A DNA stretch of 61,847 nucleotides, the filler included, from Dugesia japonica (lineage: Eukaryota): NCBI GenBank assembly GCA_001938525.1. It is 6 parts of 6 records of this genome, joined end to end, with 100 filler letters (N's around TTAATTAATTAA, not from the genome) between each part and the next. Parts side by side here need not be neighbours in the genome. Positions count along the whole stretch, not along the records: positions 18,216 to 30,440 come from MQRL01588472.1; positions 30,541 to 40,070 come from MQRL01618519.1; 4 more parts are not named here. One strand, 5' to 3'. This document shows, one piece after another, positions 26,107 through 39,179 of this stretch (its first letter is position 1; every line of letters starts with the position of its first letter). Position numbers and translations under genes: made by a program. Below the pieces are notes generated by a model. That model saw only the letters and a list, made by a program, of their open reading frames with translations. It searched no databases and was not told the origin of the DNA.

Positions 26107-26126
26107 ATAACCCTTTTAGAAAATAA

Positions 26127-27447
26127 ATGAATAAATTTGGAGAAATATTAAATAGTCAAAATAATACTGAAGTATTAAAACATGTTTCAGCTAAATTAAA
26201 ATTAGAATCTATTAATAATGAAAAAAGGTTTGTTAATGAAATTGGAGATTCAATTACTTGTTTGAAAATCATTAATGAACCTAAAAAAGAATTAGATGCT
26301 ATTACTAAATATTTGTAAATAATTTGAAGAATGAAGTTAAGAATAATATCAATAGTGAAATTATTAAATTAGAAAAACAAGTTTCTGATGTTAAAAATCA
26401 ATTGAGAAATAAAATATTTATAATAAAAATAATAAATAATAATGAAAATAATAAAACTTGGATTAAAACCAAGAGTGATTTAATTATTAAAATAAATTAA
26501 TTAAATAAGCTAGCATAAACTATGAGTGAATCTTTTAATTCTTTGAAAACTGATTTTAAAAATGAGCTAACGCAAATGAAGAGTGATCCTAACGGGCCCC
26601 ATTTTAAAAATACACAAGTTAAAAAAGAAATCGAAAAGATCTTGGAAAAAATTGAAAAGCTCACAAAAGAAATTACAAATCTCACAAGTAATTGTTCTCC
26701 TGAAAAATTTAATAAAATTAATTTAGAATTGGAAAAACATAATTACAAAATCAATTTTAATAAACAAATGATGAATGATCCTTTAATTCTTTTAGAACAA
26801 TTATTTATTAAAATAAAACAAGATCTTTATATTGATAGTGTTAAAAAAATTAATGATTACATTGATAAATTAAAAAACCAGGCATCATCTGAAAAACTTT
26901 ATGAACAAGATTTATTAAATAGGATTAAAGAAATAATTGATAAATATTTTCAATTTCTTGTTTTAAAAAATTATGGTAAGTATAATGATGTATTAATATT
27001 TTTATAAACTACTTTAATTACAAAGAATTACTTACCAAGTTATTATGGTTTAATATCACCATTTAAAATAAAAAGAAAAGGAATATTAAAAGATAATAAA
27101 TATTATTACCTTGAAAATCCATTAGAACTTTATTTCTGGTTAAATAGGGTAAGAGAAAAAGCTTATTTTATATTTCAAGGATATTGTGACATTTCATTTT
27201 TTGAAATTTATGTAATGATTGATAACATTCCAAAATTATTTGAATATAACTTTATTAAAAAACAAGAATTTACTTTTTTTATAGAATAGAAAGAAATTCT
27301 ACTAACTGAAAAATATATTGTGGATAGAGTTACTTTAATTTTACCTAAAAATATTTATATTTATAAAATTATTATGTTAAGTGATTATTCAATTGCTAAA
27401 AAATTATATTCTGAATTATTATTAAAACCCAAATTATTACTAAAATA
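26127..27447 (+). pseudogene. Coiled-coil protein, possible fiber/spike
   Basis: FVNEIGDS...EPKKELDAITKY resembles the fiber-type GD...DAxTKxY repeat; long coiled coil follows; several stops. Confidence 0.45.
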
Positions 27448-27449
27448 AA

Positions 27450-28098
27450 ATGGATGAGCAAGTTGAAGATTTAAATTTAAATGTCAGTGAGAATCAAAAT
27501 ATTTATCCAAATTTAGAAAGTATATTTACAAAGATCAAAAATATGCTATTCAAGATTTAAAAACTAAATTATCAAATTTGAGAATAATAAATTTTGAATC
27601 TGATCTTTATTTTATTGATGATAAATTTAATCATTATGAAAAGATTTATAAAAGATGGTCAAGGTTAGATACTTCAATTAGATGTACAGAAATATTTATT
27701 GGTACAGTTGTTGGAATAACTGGAACTATATTAATTTCTTTAGGAACTTTTGGAATTGGAACAAGTTTAATTCTGATTATTTTAACAAGTGTAATTTCTT
27801 GTATTCCAGTTATTGGTACTTGAAATTTATCATTAATAAAATCAAAAAAGAAAAAGTATAAAAATTTAATTCATGAATTAGAAACTGTTAAAAACAAATT
27901 ATTTTTATTTCATCAAAAAGCTTTATCTGATGATATTTTAACTGATGAAATTGCTACAAGCAAGAATATAGTAAAACAAATTAAAGATTTTATTTCACAT
28001 GAAAAAATAATCAAGTTAAATATGAAAATGAAATTTTTAAAAAACTTGAAAATCAAATTGAAGAACAACAAAAAGTTATTAATAAATATAAGAAATAA
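27450..28098 (+). pseudogene. Polinton membrane protein with two hydrophobic helices (GasderminX-like)
   Basis: IYPNL, HYEKIYKRW, Gly-rich hydrophobic hairpin, KALSDDILTDE; homolog at 55730-56330. Confidence 0.65.
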
Positions 28099-28099
28099 A

Positions 28100-28294
28100 T
28101 GTGCCCGCATGCACAATCTTTTAATTTTAAATTTGATACCCGCGGGTGTTGATTTATTTTCATTTAAGAAATGGGACCCATTGGGATTTTTAATTTGAAG
28201 ACCGCGGTCTTCACTTTATATTTTTAGATTTTAGAAGTCGGTCACGCATGATTGATTTACATTGAGTGAGTTTAGAAATTCAGTCCCGCGGGAC
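28100..28294. repeat. Cluster of six GC-rich palindromes/hairpins between convergent genes
   Basis: ACCCGCGGGT (28138-47), TGAAGACCGCGGTCTTCA (28196-213) and GTCCCGCGGGAC (28283-94) are perfect; three more are imperfect. Confidence 0.75.
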
Positions 28295-28372
28295 CGATTT
28301 ATTATATTTAGAGATTTTTAATTTTTATTTAAAGATTTTAAAAAATAATCTACTGCAGTAGATACTTTTTAT

Positions 28373-30440
28373 TTATATTAAATTACAATTTAATTTTTGT
28401 TTTAATTTATCTAATCTTAAATGCCATTTATTACACTTTGAACATTTAAATTTATTTCCATGTGGCCATGTCCTTATTCTATTATCTTCTATTAATCTTT
28501 TATCATCATAACCTGTTAAAGCTATTTTCTTTTGCTCGGTTAATTCCATTTTATGTTTTTGTGATTTTAAACCTTGATTGGTTCCATAAATTCTTTCTTT
28601 GGGATTACTTAAAACTTTATCATAATATTCCATTCCTATTTTATTTACTTTTGAAACTCTTTTATGTTTAGTTTTTTATCATCTTGAATAATAAAACTTT
28701 TTGCTTTTATAAAGTTACATTTAACTATTTCATTATTCGGTTTCTCGTCTTTTATTTGAAATAAATTATTACCCAATAAACTTGTTACTTTATTTAAACT
28801 TTTTGAACAGTTATTTCTACAAATATAGAGTCAGTATCTGAATAATGTATTTTATACTTGTTTGGTACTATTTTATCTAACAGATTATAAATGAAATCAT
28901 AAATTACTTCTTTCGTATATTCTAAAATAGTAAAACAAATATATGGAAATTTATTATATTTTAATTTTGTTTTATGAAGATGTATTTCAGCTGATTCTGC
29001 TTCGCCATTTTCTTTAAAACTAAATATTTTACTAGATTTAAAATTAATATTACTTGCAAATTTCTGATATTCTTTATCATTATCTACAATTTCAACATTA
29101 CACCTATTTCTTATATTTTCTAGTATTTTTCCATAGAAAGCATTATTTAATAATTTAAAGAAATTATTTCTTTTTGATTCATTTCTTTGATCAATATTAA
29201 ATTGAATAAAATCTTTTAACCAAGGTTTTGTGGGCATTTTATATTTAGAATGTATTTTTTTAATTTTCATTTCTAATGATTTGTATAAATCTAAAGTACT
29301 TAATAAAATAATACAATTTTATTTATCAAATTGATTCAAAGTTAATTTAACATTTTTCTTTGATAATTTCTTTTCAAAGCTTAATTGATAAAGTGCCAAT
29401 ATTTCTTTAGTTATTATTATTGGATCTGGGGCTAGAGGTAAGTATTTAGTTTTCTCATGTATCTCTTTTGGATATTCTAAATCTACTTCATAAATATAAT
29501 TAATTTTATCTGTTGATTTAATATATTCTAAATCCTTATATTCACAGATTTCACCTGTTGGTAAAGGTTTTGTCATACAACTAGCATACAAAGAATTTTC
29601 ATCTAAATATTTTAAAAATGTTTCTTCAAAATAATCATCTGGAAGATATTGTTCAGGATTTCTAAATATATTTAATAAATCATCTAATTGACCATTATTT
29701 ATTTTTTTATTATTTCTTTTACTATTTCCAAATACTTGTCTTTTTCCACAAACACCTGAATATCCTCCTCTAACTCCTCTTTCAATTTTAATAAATCTGT
29801 CAAAAGTTTCTTTTTGTGCATATTTTAATTTTACTTGTGTGAATGTCATTCCAGAATTCCAAGTTAGACCCGTAGCTGAATAACAATAACTTGGATCTAT
29901 TTGATAATTATTTAAACATTTTTCTCTAAAATTCTCAAAGAAATCTGCTAAAATAATTACATCTATTTTCATATAAAACATTATGTAATCCAAAAGATTA
30001 TTGAATTGATTTACAAAATTTTTCAAATTTTTTAACATCATAAATATTTACTGGAAATTTAATTCCGTTGGTATTTAATTCATTTAAATAAGGAATATAA
30101 TTACTAACTCTAGTTGGATTATTAAATATATGTTTATGAGCTAAAATTAAATATAGAAAACATTTTTCATCTTTATTTTTAATATTAATTACACCTGGCT
30201 TTGAAAATGGTAATTTTCTATAAGTTGCTCCAGCTAAAGATTGATATTTTAAAAGTTCAATTTTATAATCAACAATGTAATTTAAATTCCATCCAGATTC
30301 ATTTTTATCATCATCTTCAATATATCTTTGAAGTTGGTTTATAATATCATTGACACCATTGTTAATTTCACTTTCAATAGTAAATTTTCTATTTTGTGAA
30401 TATGAATTAAAAATTCTTTCAACATTTTCACCGTTTACTT
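28373..30440 (-). pseudogene. pPolB, intein-less allele, exonuclease/HNH region deleted
   Basis: GSGW-like N-terminal motif, CFLYLILAH, YLDENSLYASCM, NAFYGK, uninterrupted YSDTDS, YDDKR; ~1.1-kb deletion at ~30020 relative to 50096-54914. Confidence 0.95.
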
Positions 30441-30540
30441 NNNNNNNNNNNNNNNNNNNNNNNNNNNNNNNNNNNNNNNNNNNNTTAATTAATTAANNNN
30501 NNNNNNNNNNNNNNNNNNNNNNNNNNNNNNNNNNNNNNNN
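30441..30540. other. Artificial contig spacer
   Basis: N44-TTAATTAATTAA-N44. Confidence 0.97.
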
Positions 30541-30954
30541 AATCAATAATTATAATAATAAATAGTAGTAATGTAAACAATCAAATAATTTAAATTATTT
30601 TAACAAAGTTTTTTAAACCACTTATTGACCTTCGGTACTGCAATCTAGTTTTCTAATCTAAACAATGTTTTAGTGTAATAAATCATTGTAAAATTGACTG
30701 ATTATATTCTTAATATATTATTTTTNTTAACTTACTTTGTTGTCCAAACAAATCAGGAGTTATCATGGTGCAATGTCGGTAAATCAGATCTGACCAAATG
30801 AAATTCAACGATGAATCAAAATTAAATTAAATCAAACTCCAAAAGTCACGAAAAACTAAATTTCCACAATAAAATCGATTTATAATAAATAAAATATTAC
30901 TCATTAATGATAAATTTGTGCATCAGAATAACCCTCCTTAATTTCTTTCCATCC

Positions 30955-32216
30955 CAAATCTAAACTATTTAAAATTACATACCAAATTTACACAATCATT
31001 GAAATTAATAAATAAATTGATGGATTTTAATTATTATAAATTACATTGATTTTAGGTTTTGCTTCGTTAATTAGTAATTCTTCATGTTTCTTCCTGTGAA
31101 GTGTGGAAATGTAGCCTGTTTCTAGTGTTTTTAATGTTAAGTTATTGTGTTCACATGTGATTTTATGTTTGTATTGAAAGTGTTTGAAGACTTCACTTTC
31201 TTTTTAGGGACAGATTAGAAACACTAGGAATAAGCAAGACAAGAAATATCATATATAAATAGATGCATATAGATAATGGTTAGTATCAGCATAATTGTTT
31301 CATAGTTTTGTTAAAGTTTAAACAAAAGTTTCTTCGTAGCTGATAAGGTAGCTACCTTTATCGGCTGGGATTTGAGGAATTGGTTGACTGGATTAATGCT
31401 GTTGGCTTGATGAGTTGAATCGTGTAAATATTCTAGGTATCGTATTTCTTCTTTCTCTTTCAGCTCCCTTGTGAGATTTGTCCTTTTTTTGAAAGCTCCT
31501 TGATTCTTTTGTTGCGTTTCTGTATATCTGCTTCTCTTTTATTACATCATTCTTTCATCTTTTCTAATTGTTTCTTTAGTTCGATATTTTGTCGTAAGTT
31601 TTCGGCCGATTTCTGCATGATTTGTCGAGCTACTACAACATCTAGCCTTTTATTTTCTTTGCTCGCCGTTATTAATTTGCCTTGGATGTTTATTTTGGCT
31701 TGCATTTCCGCCATATCCATTTTTTCATTCTATAATTTCTCATCACTAGATTTTTGTCTGCTGAGTTTCTCCTTAACCACTTTCAACTTTTCCAAAAGAT
31801 CCTCCACCTGATCTTTCCTTTTATCCGTCTTGACTACTTTATTTTTTTTATAAATTACATTGATTTTAGGTTTTGCTTCTTTAATTAGTAATTCTTCATG
31901 TTTCTTCCTGTGAAGTGTGGAAATATAGCCTGTTTCTAGTGTTTTTAATGTTATGTGATGTTGTTCTCATGTGATTTTATGTTTGTATTGAAAGTGTTTG
32001 AAGACTTCACTTTCTTTTTAGGGACAGTTTAGAAACACTAGGAACACTAGAAACAGCCTACATTTCCACATTTCATAGGAAGAAACATGAAGAATTACTA
32101 ATTAAATAAGCAAAACCTAAAATCAATGTAATTTATAATAATTAAAATCCATCAATTTATTTATTAATTTCAATGATTGTGTAAATTTGGTTTGTAATTT
32201 TAAGTAGTGTAGATTT
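30955..32216 (-). mobile_element. Penelope-like retroelement, internally deleted, with direct and inverted pseudo-LTRs
   Basis: ~31036-31230 repeated at ~31849-32043; 30955-31129 inverted at 32043-32216; IPADKG RT motif (~31355-31372); GIY-YIG C-terminal pattern SEVFKHFQYKH...RKKHEELLINEAKPKIN. Confidence 0.75.
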
Positions 32217-32239
32217 GAACTTCACTTTCTTTCTGTTTG

Positions 32240-33650
32240 ACGTGTTCATTAATTATCGTTTGAATAGTTCTGCATATATTTCTACCAACACAAATGCATT
32301 TGGAACCACAAAAGTTTTGTCAACATTTTTGCAAAAATGCGAGCAATAATGGTAATTGTACAACTATTGTTCTCGTATCTTCGTTCTTTCAACATTTTTA
32401 ATAAATACTTTGGCCACTACAAAATAATTTCTACAAAATAATAATAAAGTTCTTGAAGTCTTTATATTAAATTGGATTTTTCATGAAGTTCCTTTGAACT
32501 TTTTGAAACTAGTTTGATCTCTTTTTGACGTATTTATGAAATCTTTGATTGTTTATGGAACGCCGTTAGTACTATTTTGATAAACCTAAACATCATTAGT
32601 AATTAAAATATTATCTATGAAATATTGATTTTTATATCCTATAGTTTTGTTAAATAAATCATCAATCAACAAATGGAATTATTCAACTTTTTTTTTAATT
32701 TTCATTATTTCTATCAAACAAACATTCATATCACATACATTAGTATTCCAAACGTTATTGTATAACCTAGATTTATTGCTCCAACGCATGTTCGCAGGTC
32801 AGAGCTTTATAATTTCCTGGATTATCTCCTTTATATACTCCATTATCGTTCTATTAAGCATTCATTTTGAATATTTTTGGATTGTTGTACACTTGTCTTC
32901 TTTCTGTCCTGAAAGGATTAATTTCATAGTATTGGAATCGGAGATGTCCTGGATTCTTACAATGCAAACATTTAACATTAGGCATTGTGAGCGTATATTA
33001 CCTTCATCTCTACATACTTAACAATAAGTCTAAATATTGGTTTTATAATTTCCTCTCTTGATGTTTCGTTTGTTATTTCCTAAAATTCTTGAATTAATAT
33101 TCTGCTTGTAATTTTTATCGATTTAAATTTCTATTAAGTCTAGTTATTCTATTTTTAATTTGAATCTGGCATTTGACGCGCTTATAGTTTTTTGAACTGT
33201 TGATAATCCATATTCTGGTTCCAATTTCTTTTTTAATCAATCAATTTTGATAATAACTTCTTTGATTTTTTCAACTTCTTTCATGTCTATTTTCCTTTTT
33301 TTTACTTCTTTATCGCTCATTTTGTAACATAAATTCAATCAGTTTTTCTTTCTTTACTTGGTGACTTAAAATATTATCTGCTAATTTATCGACTTTTGCA
33401 AAAAGATGAAGTTGATGATTCATTATGTCTTCGATATCTAAAATACAGACTCTGGAAATTCTTCCCTACATCTTGTTTCAAATTCATAGATCTCTGAATA
33501 CATATAATTTGACTGCACCTGATATTAAAAACACTTTGATAATTACTGTTTTAAACTGGTTCTGAGAAATTTCAAAAAATCTCTTCAATTATTTAATAAA
33601 TTCCTCAATATTTTTTCCTATCTCGAAAATCTTGGGTTTCGTTGCCATGT
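32240..33650 (-). mobile_element. Decayed Gypsy-like LTR retrotransposon internal region
   Basis: Gag-like start MATKPKIFEIGKNIEEFI and weak pol remnants; many stops. Confidence 0.4.
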
Positions 33651-34854
33651 TAGATTTAGAACTTGAATTAAGCATCAAATATGTATTAAAAATGCAAAAT
33701 AAAACTATAATAAATAGGAATTGATTATATTGGTTATAATAATGGTCGAGCACTTCTAATCATACACACACTCATAGATTCGCCTGTTATTAAACACATG
33801 TGTTAATTTACTCTTTCAAATATACAATAATCAATATATCACATAAATAAAATTCATTTAATTTTTCAAATTCTCACATTAGAGAGGAAAAACTCTGGTC
33901 TATCAAGTTATATTTTTTTGTTACTCCAATATTCATGATATATGTGTTTCTTACCATTTTCAATTCCTTAATCATTTTTATTAATTATATTGATTATTTA
34001 AACATGCTAGTATATTTGATGGATTACATTGTGCATAGTGACTATAATATTGAGAGAAATTATGTGACTAGTAACTCTGATTAATTTAATTTAAAATTCT
34101 TATCTATTATCCAATAGCATTTACTGTTTTTCTGGAAAATTATTCTTCAAAATCTTATGAGATTAAGCAAATGATCATAAGGATAGTAAAACCTAAGATT
34201 AAGGTTTCAAAAGTTGCTCAAAAAAGATAAAAATGCTAACGGTCATTTAAAATTCGATTTTGTACCGCATTTGAAATGAATTCTTACTTAGTTTCTGATT
34301 TCTTTATTTTAATTCCTTGATACAAATCCAATAACTTTTTAATTAATTATCTGAATGAATTCGTTTATAGCAATACGGAAAAATGGCTTTTTTAAAAATT
34401 ATTTTTCTTAGATTGGCATTGAAATCGGAAATATTTTAACAGCACTGGAAGAAAATGATTTGAAATTATTATCAGACAATGTTTTTATTCTTCCAAAACT
34501 TCATGGGTGTTCTCTTTTGATTCTTCAAGATGATTTGATGAAAATAACATTCCTTCTCGCTAGTTGGTTGATGGTCAACTCTCCTATTAAAAATGTACCG
34601 GAAAATTTAATTATTGATCCTTCAAGAGGGCAATTACTACTTAAATACAGCAAAGACGTTATATTTTCTCAACTTTCTCTACAATCTCAAATGGAACTTG
34701 TTCAGTTATCTAATAAAATAGCGAAGATGTACAAATGCTTCGATAGAGAAAGTTGTTGCAATGATAAGATTTGTGGAGCAAAATGCTGTTGAAGAAAGTT
34801 CAAAGGAAATCCCAGATTAAACTTTTTTTGATTTTGTAATATATTTTGACTAAT

Positions 34855-36080
34855 AGATGTTTTTTTATTCTTTTTATTTGTTTTCATTTATTATATTTAT
34901 TTTATTTTTATTCATTTTATTTGTATTTATTTTTTTTATTCAATTTATTTTTCTTTTATTTTATTTGTTTTCATTTATAATTTTATTTATTTTATTTTTA
35001 TTCATTTTATTTGTATTTATTTTTTTTTATTCAATTTATTTTTCTTTTATTTATTTATTTTATTTAATTTTTCGGTTATGAAAAGTAGAGNTTGTAGTAG
35101 ACTTTGTAAAAATTTATCTGAAATTGAAAACCTTAATTTAGTTATTCAAAGTAAAATATTAATAACACAATCTTCACAGGTTTTATTTTTTTTATTTATT
35201 TTTTTTTCATTTTATTTTTTATTTATTTTTCTTTTATTACTTTTCATTTAGTTCATTTTTTTTATTTTTTTATTCATTTATTTTATTTGTATTTATTATT
35301 TTTTTATTTTTAATTTTACTTTGTAAAAATTTATCTGAAATTGAAAACCTTAATTTAGTTATTCAAAGTAAAATATTAATAACANAATCTTCACAGGTTT
35401 TATTTTTTTTATTTATTTTTTTTTCATTTTATTTTTTATTTATTTTTCTTTTATTTTATTTCATTTTTGTTATTTTTTTATTCATTTATTTTTGTATTTA
35501 TTTTTTATTATTTTTTTATTTTTAATTTTACTTTGTAAAAATTTATCTGAAATTGAAAACCTTAATTTAGTTATTCANNNNNNNNNNNNNNNNNNNNNNN
35601 NNNNNNNNNNNNNNNNNNNNNNNNNNNATAACACAATCTTCACAGGTTTTATTTTTTTTATTTATTTTTTTTTCATTTTATTTTTTATTTATTTTTCTTT
35701 TCTTTTATTTCATTTTTATTATTTTTTTATTCATTTATTTTTGTATTTATTTTTTATTATTTTTTTATTTTTAATTTTTCGGTTATGAAAAGTAGAGCTT
35801 GTAGTAGACTTTGTAAAAATTTATCTGAAATTGAAAATCTTAATTTAGTTATTCAAAGTAAAGTTTTAATAACACCATCCTCACAGATTTCATTATTTAT
35901 TTTTTCATTTATTTATTTTATTTTATTTATTTTTCTTTTATTTTTTATTCATTAATTTAATTTAATTTTACGGTTATGAAAAATAGAGATTGTAGTCGAC
36001 TTTCTTTGAAAATTTTATATGAAATTGGAAATCTTAATTTAGTTATTCAAAGTAAAATATTAATAACACAATCTTCACAG
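34855..36080. repeat. Compound tandem repeat: ~78-bp conserved core alternating with T-rich tracts, 5 units
   Basis: Core ctttgtaaaaatttatctgaaattgaaaaccttaatttagttattcaaagtaaaatattaataacacaatcttcacag at ~35102, 35319, 35531, 35809, 36004. Confidence 0.9.
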
Positions 36081-36734
36081 ATGTTTGTTGTAATATTAGT
36101 AGTATTTTAAAACATTGTACGTATTATGAGTTTCAATTAATTTCCGCCTTTTGGAACAAAAACAAATTTATTTTTACAATATTCACAATAGATAAATTAG
36201 TATAAATATTTTCCTACACTTTCTATTACTTTAAAGCGTCTTTCTGAAAAGCTTGATTCCTTTACTACAAAACGCTTTATTCTTGGAACTAATCAACTGA
36301 GCAGCTTATTTTAAAACATCTTCGTTATTGAAAGGTGTATATTTCTCACCATTACTATATCGATCCGAAAAGTGGTAATTGGAAGTGCCAGTTCAGGAAG
36401 TATGTTGGGTGCTATCGAACGTCTCAAAAAATCCCAATGTTTTCTTTACACACTTTATGAAATGTGACCGAGCATTGTTTTTAAGTAGAATATCTTTGCA
36501 ATTATTATTGATTATTGCAGATCGTTTTTGCATAATTTCTTTATTCAATTTAATTAATTTTGATTGTACCGATTTTTTGTAATGGTCTCATTTGGTGATA
36601 AATGCGATGTAGAAGGTCAAGAATTTGATTGTCTTAATAGTATTATATTACATCGATAAAAACTTTTGCCATCCTGTCAAATAAACATTTAACTATATTG
36701 TTCAGTAATATAATTTTTCATTTTTAGTATTAAT

Positions 36735-37400
36735 CTAAATTTATTCCAACAAAACGCAATTTGCGGAAGCTTTCCTTCTTAAGCTTCCAATTAAAAATAG
36801 TATTATGAAAAGTCAACAAATGCAGTCAGAAGCATATAGAAATTGCAGTCTGTCGATGTTAACGTATCAGTACTGGTTTCGCCGTTTTAAAAGTGGTGTA
36901 TTTGACACTGATAACAAAAAACGTTTAGATCACAATACAGACCAGGCGAACCATTAAAATCGATTGCAAAGCCAAATATTCATAGTACTGAACTGATGTT
37001 CCACATTTTGTTGGTTCATGTACGGTTAGTATATTACGATCTGCTCAAACCAAACGAAACCATCACTACGGAATCATAAAAACATCAATTAATGCAATTA
37101 AATTATGTATTAAATAAAAAAGGGCTAGATTAAAAGAAAAGGCACGACAAAACTATTTCGCAGAACAACGGTCGTCAACATACTTCAAAAATTGCCAAGG
37201 ACATGTTAGGTTTACTTAACTGAGAAAACATATACCCGTCTTTTGGATTTTCACCTATTCATAGAGCTTCCACTACTATGAAAATTCTGGAAAATGGGTC
37301 GAATTGTGGATAACCTCAAAAGAAGTTTCATTCTTTCGCCGTATAATCCACTTTTTTACTATTAAGAAGGGGAAAAGTAGCGGACAATATTTTGAATGAG
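36735..37400 (+). mobile_element. Decayed Mos1-like mariner, internally deleted
   Basis: PTKRNLR, WFRRFKSG, KPNIH, YYDLLKPNETI, RHDK..QNNGRQH, GQYFE*. Confidence 0.75.
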
Positions 37401-37559
37401 ATATTTATAGTAATCTTTTATAATAAAGCCGTATTTATCTACTTTTTTTATGAAAAGAATATTATATAAAAAACCCTTTAAAATTAATGAATACACTTAA
37501 TATTTAATAGTTAAGGATGTTAATACTTACATTCCTCTAAATACAGAAGATTGATTTGC

Positions 37560-38060
37560 TTCCGTGTTTTGTTGTTGATGCTGTTGGTTTAAGTTTCTTC
37601 ATTAATGACCCTTTGCGTTTTGGATTGTCATTTTTCATTTTCGGTTATTAATTGTGTTGATTTTGAGAAGTTGAAATGGTTCTCAATTGCATTTGTCAAA
37701 TAATGTGAAACTCATTCTCCTTACTTTTGAATACTTCCTTTTTCTTGCAAATGATTTCTGTTTCCTCCAGAAGAGATATTTGCATATTTACTGACAATCA
37801 TAGTAGAGTTTTGATCCAATAATTCTTCCAAAACGGCTTCGTTGAACTTTCTAGGCTGACTTGGGCGTGTTCTTTCAGGAACATTATGATTTACAAATTT
37901 GAATTGCTGAAACCTTTATCGACATATATATTCTAATAGATCAGAACTGTTATAAGTCTCCGACAATGTAAGATAGGCTTCCGCTTCAATTTTCTACATA
38001 TCAAAAGAGTACAAAAGTATGTGTCGCGTTAGTTGGTATATATTAGCGCATCGGACCGAA
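37560..38060 (-). mobile_element. Second decayed Mos1-like mariner, N-terminal half
   Basis: AEAYLTLSETY, RPSQPRKF...LEELLDQN, DNPKRK. Confidence 0.65.
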
Positions 38061-38477
38061 GATTTCAAGATAAAAAAAAATTTTGGTTGAAGTCACTTTC
38101 ATGGCATCCATTAATTAGTCAATGGTATTTTGCTTTAATTAGTAAATTTTGAATATTGTAAATATTAAAATGTTTTTCAATTTTAGGGCTATTTTTCTTA
38201 TTTATTGATTTTTAATTAATTTCTTTTAATTATTGGTTAAAACTTTCAAAGTTTTTAAAATTTCAAAGATCAACGTATAGCCATACAGGTGTTGGGTATT
38301 TATACTCAACAAAGAGATTTTATGGTTAGATATATTAAAACTAGAATTGGTAATTGACCATTATTTAAAGGATGTTAGTTTACTAGATCTTTGTTTCTGT
38401 GTGAATACTGTATTATATAAACGTTATATCGTTAACAACATTTTTTAAATATGGCAATATATGTGTAGTGTTCTTAT

Positions 38478-38845
38478 TAGGAATCTACCGATATGCATTT
38501 TGTCGATATTGCTGATATTTTCTTAGCCGATATGAATATTTGTTAGGACAAAAACCAGTTGTCATATTTGATGACTTTCCAGAATTGCATCCAAACTCTA
38601 AGCATCCTAAAAAGCATTCTTATCCTGATGCTAATACTAGATTTTATATTTCGCATCGGAATCCACAAATTTAAGGCAATCATAAATTCCTTAATATTAG
38701 TGTAGTTTGGTATACAGTGTATTTTTTTGTCAAAATGTTACTTATTATAAAATATCGGTGACGTCAATATCGGGACCTATACATGTTACCGATACCGATA
38801 TTTTTGAAACCCTGCTATTGCTGCCGATATATCGGTAGACCCCTA
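38478..38845. mobile_element. Non-autonomous hAT-type MITE, 368 bp
   Basis: TIRs TAGGAATCTACCGATAT / ATATCGGTAGACCCCTA; perfect 8-bp duplication GTTCTTAT. Confidence 0.88.
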
Positions 38846-39179
38846 GTTCTTATACAAATAAATTAATACACACCTTTAAAAATAAATATTTTTGATATAT
38901 AAAAATAATGAATATTCCACTATTTAATAAAGCAAAATTTAAATCAAATTAGAGCTGCTTCCCATAGAGGTCAGAGTCCAGATGGCAATTTTTGACTGCA
39001 AATCTACTAAACCAGATCAGTATTTATACTGCTTTTGGTCTGTAGGCTTCAGCATTTACTACAAACACAAAAAATAAAATTTATTGCTTATATTTACAAA
39101 CCTACATAAAAATAAAATTTAATTATTTAGATTTTTAAAAAATTCCGAGAATAATAAACAATACTTATATTAAATAGAA

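Larger units (their letters stand above)
21930..30440. mobile_element. Polinton/Maverick (beta-adintovirus-like) fragment, family B copy 1
   Basis: ATPase, core proteins, penton, cysteine protease, membrane protein and pPolB pseudogenes; truncated by the contig end. Confidence 0.93.

Noticed and set aside
34855-36080. CRISPR-like array
   Set aside because: The repeat is 78 bp, the spacers are long, T-rich and related to each other, there are no cas genes, and the context is eukaryotic.
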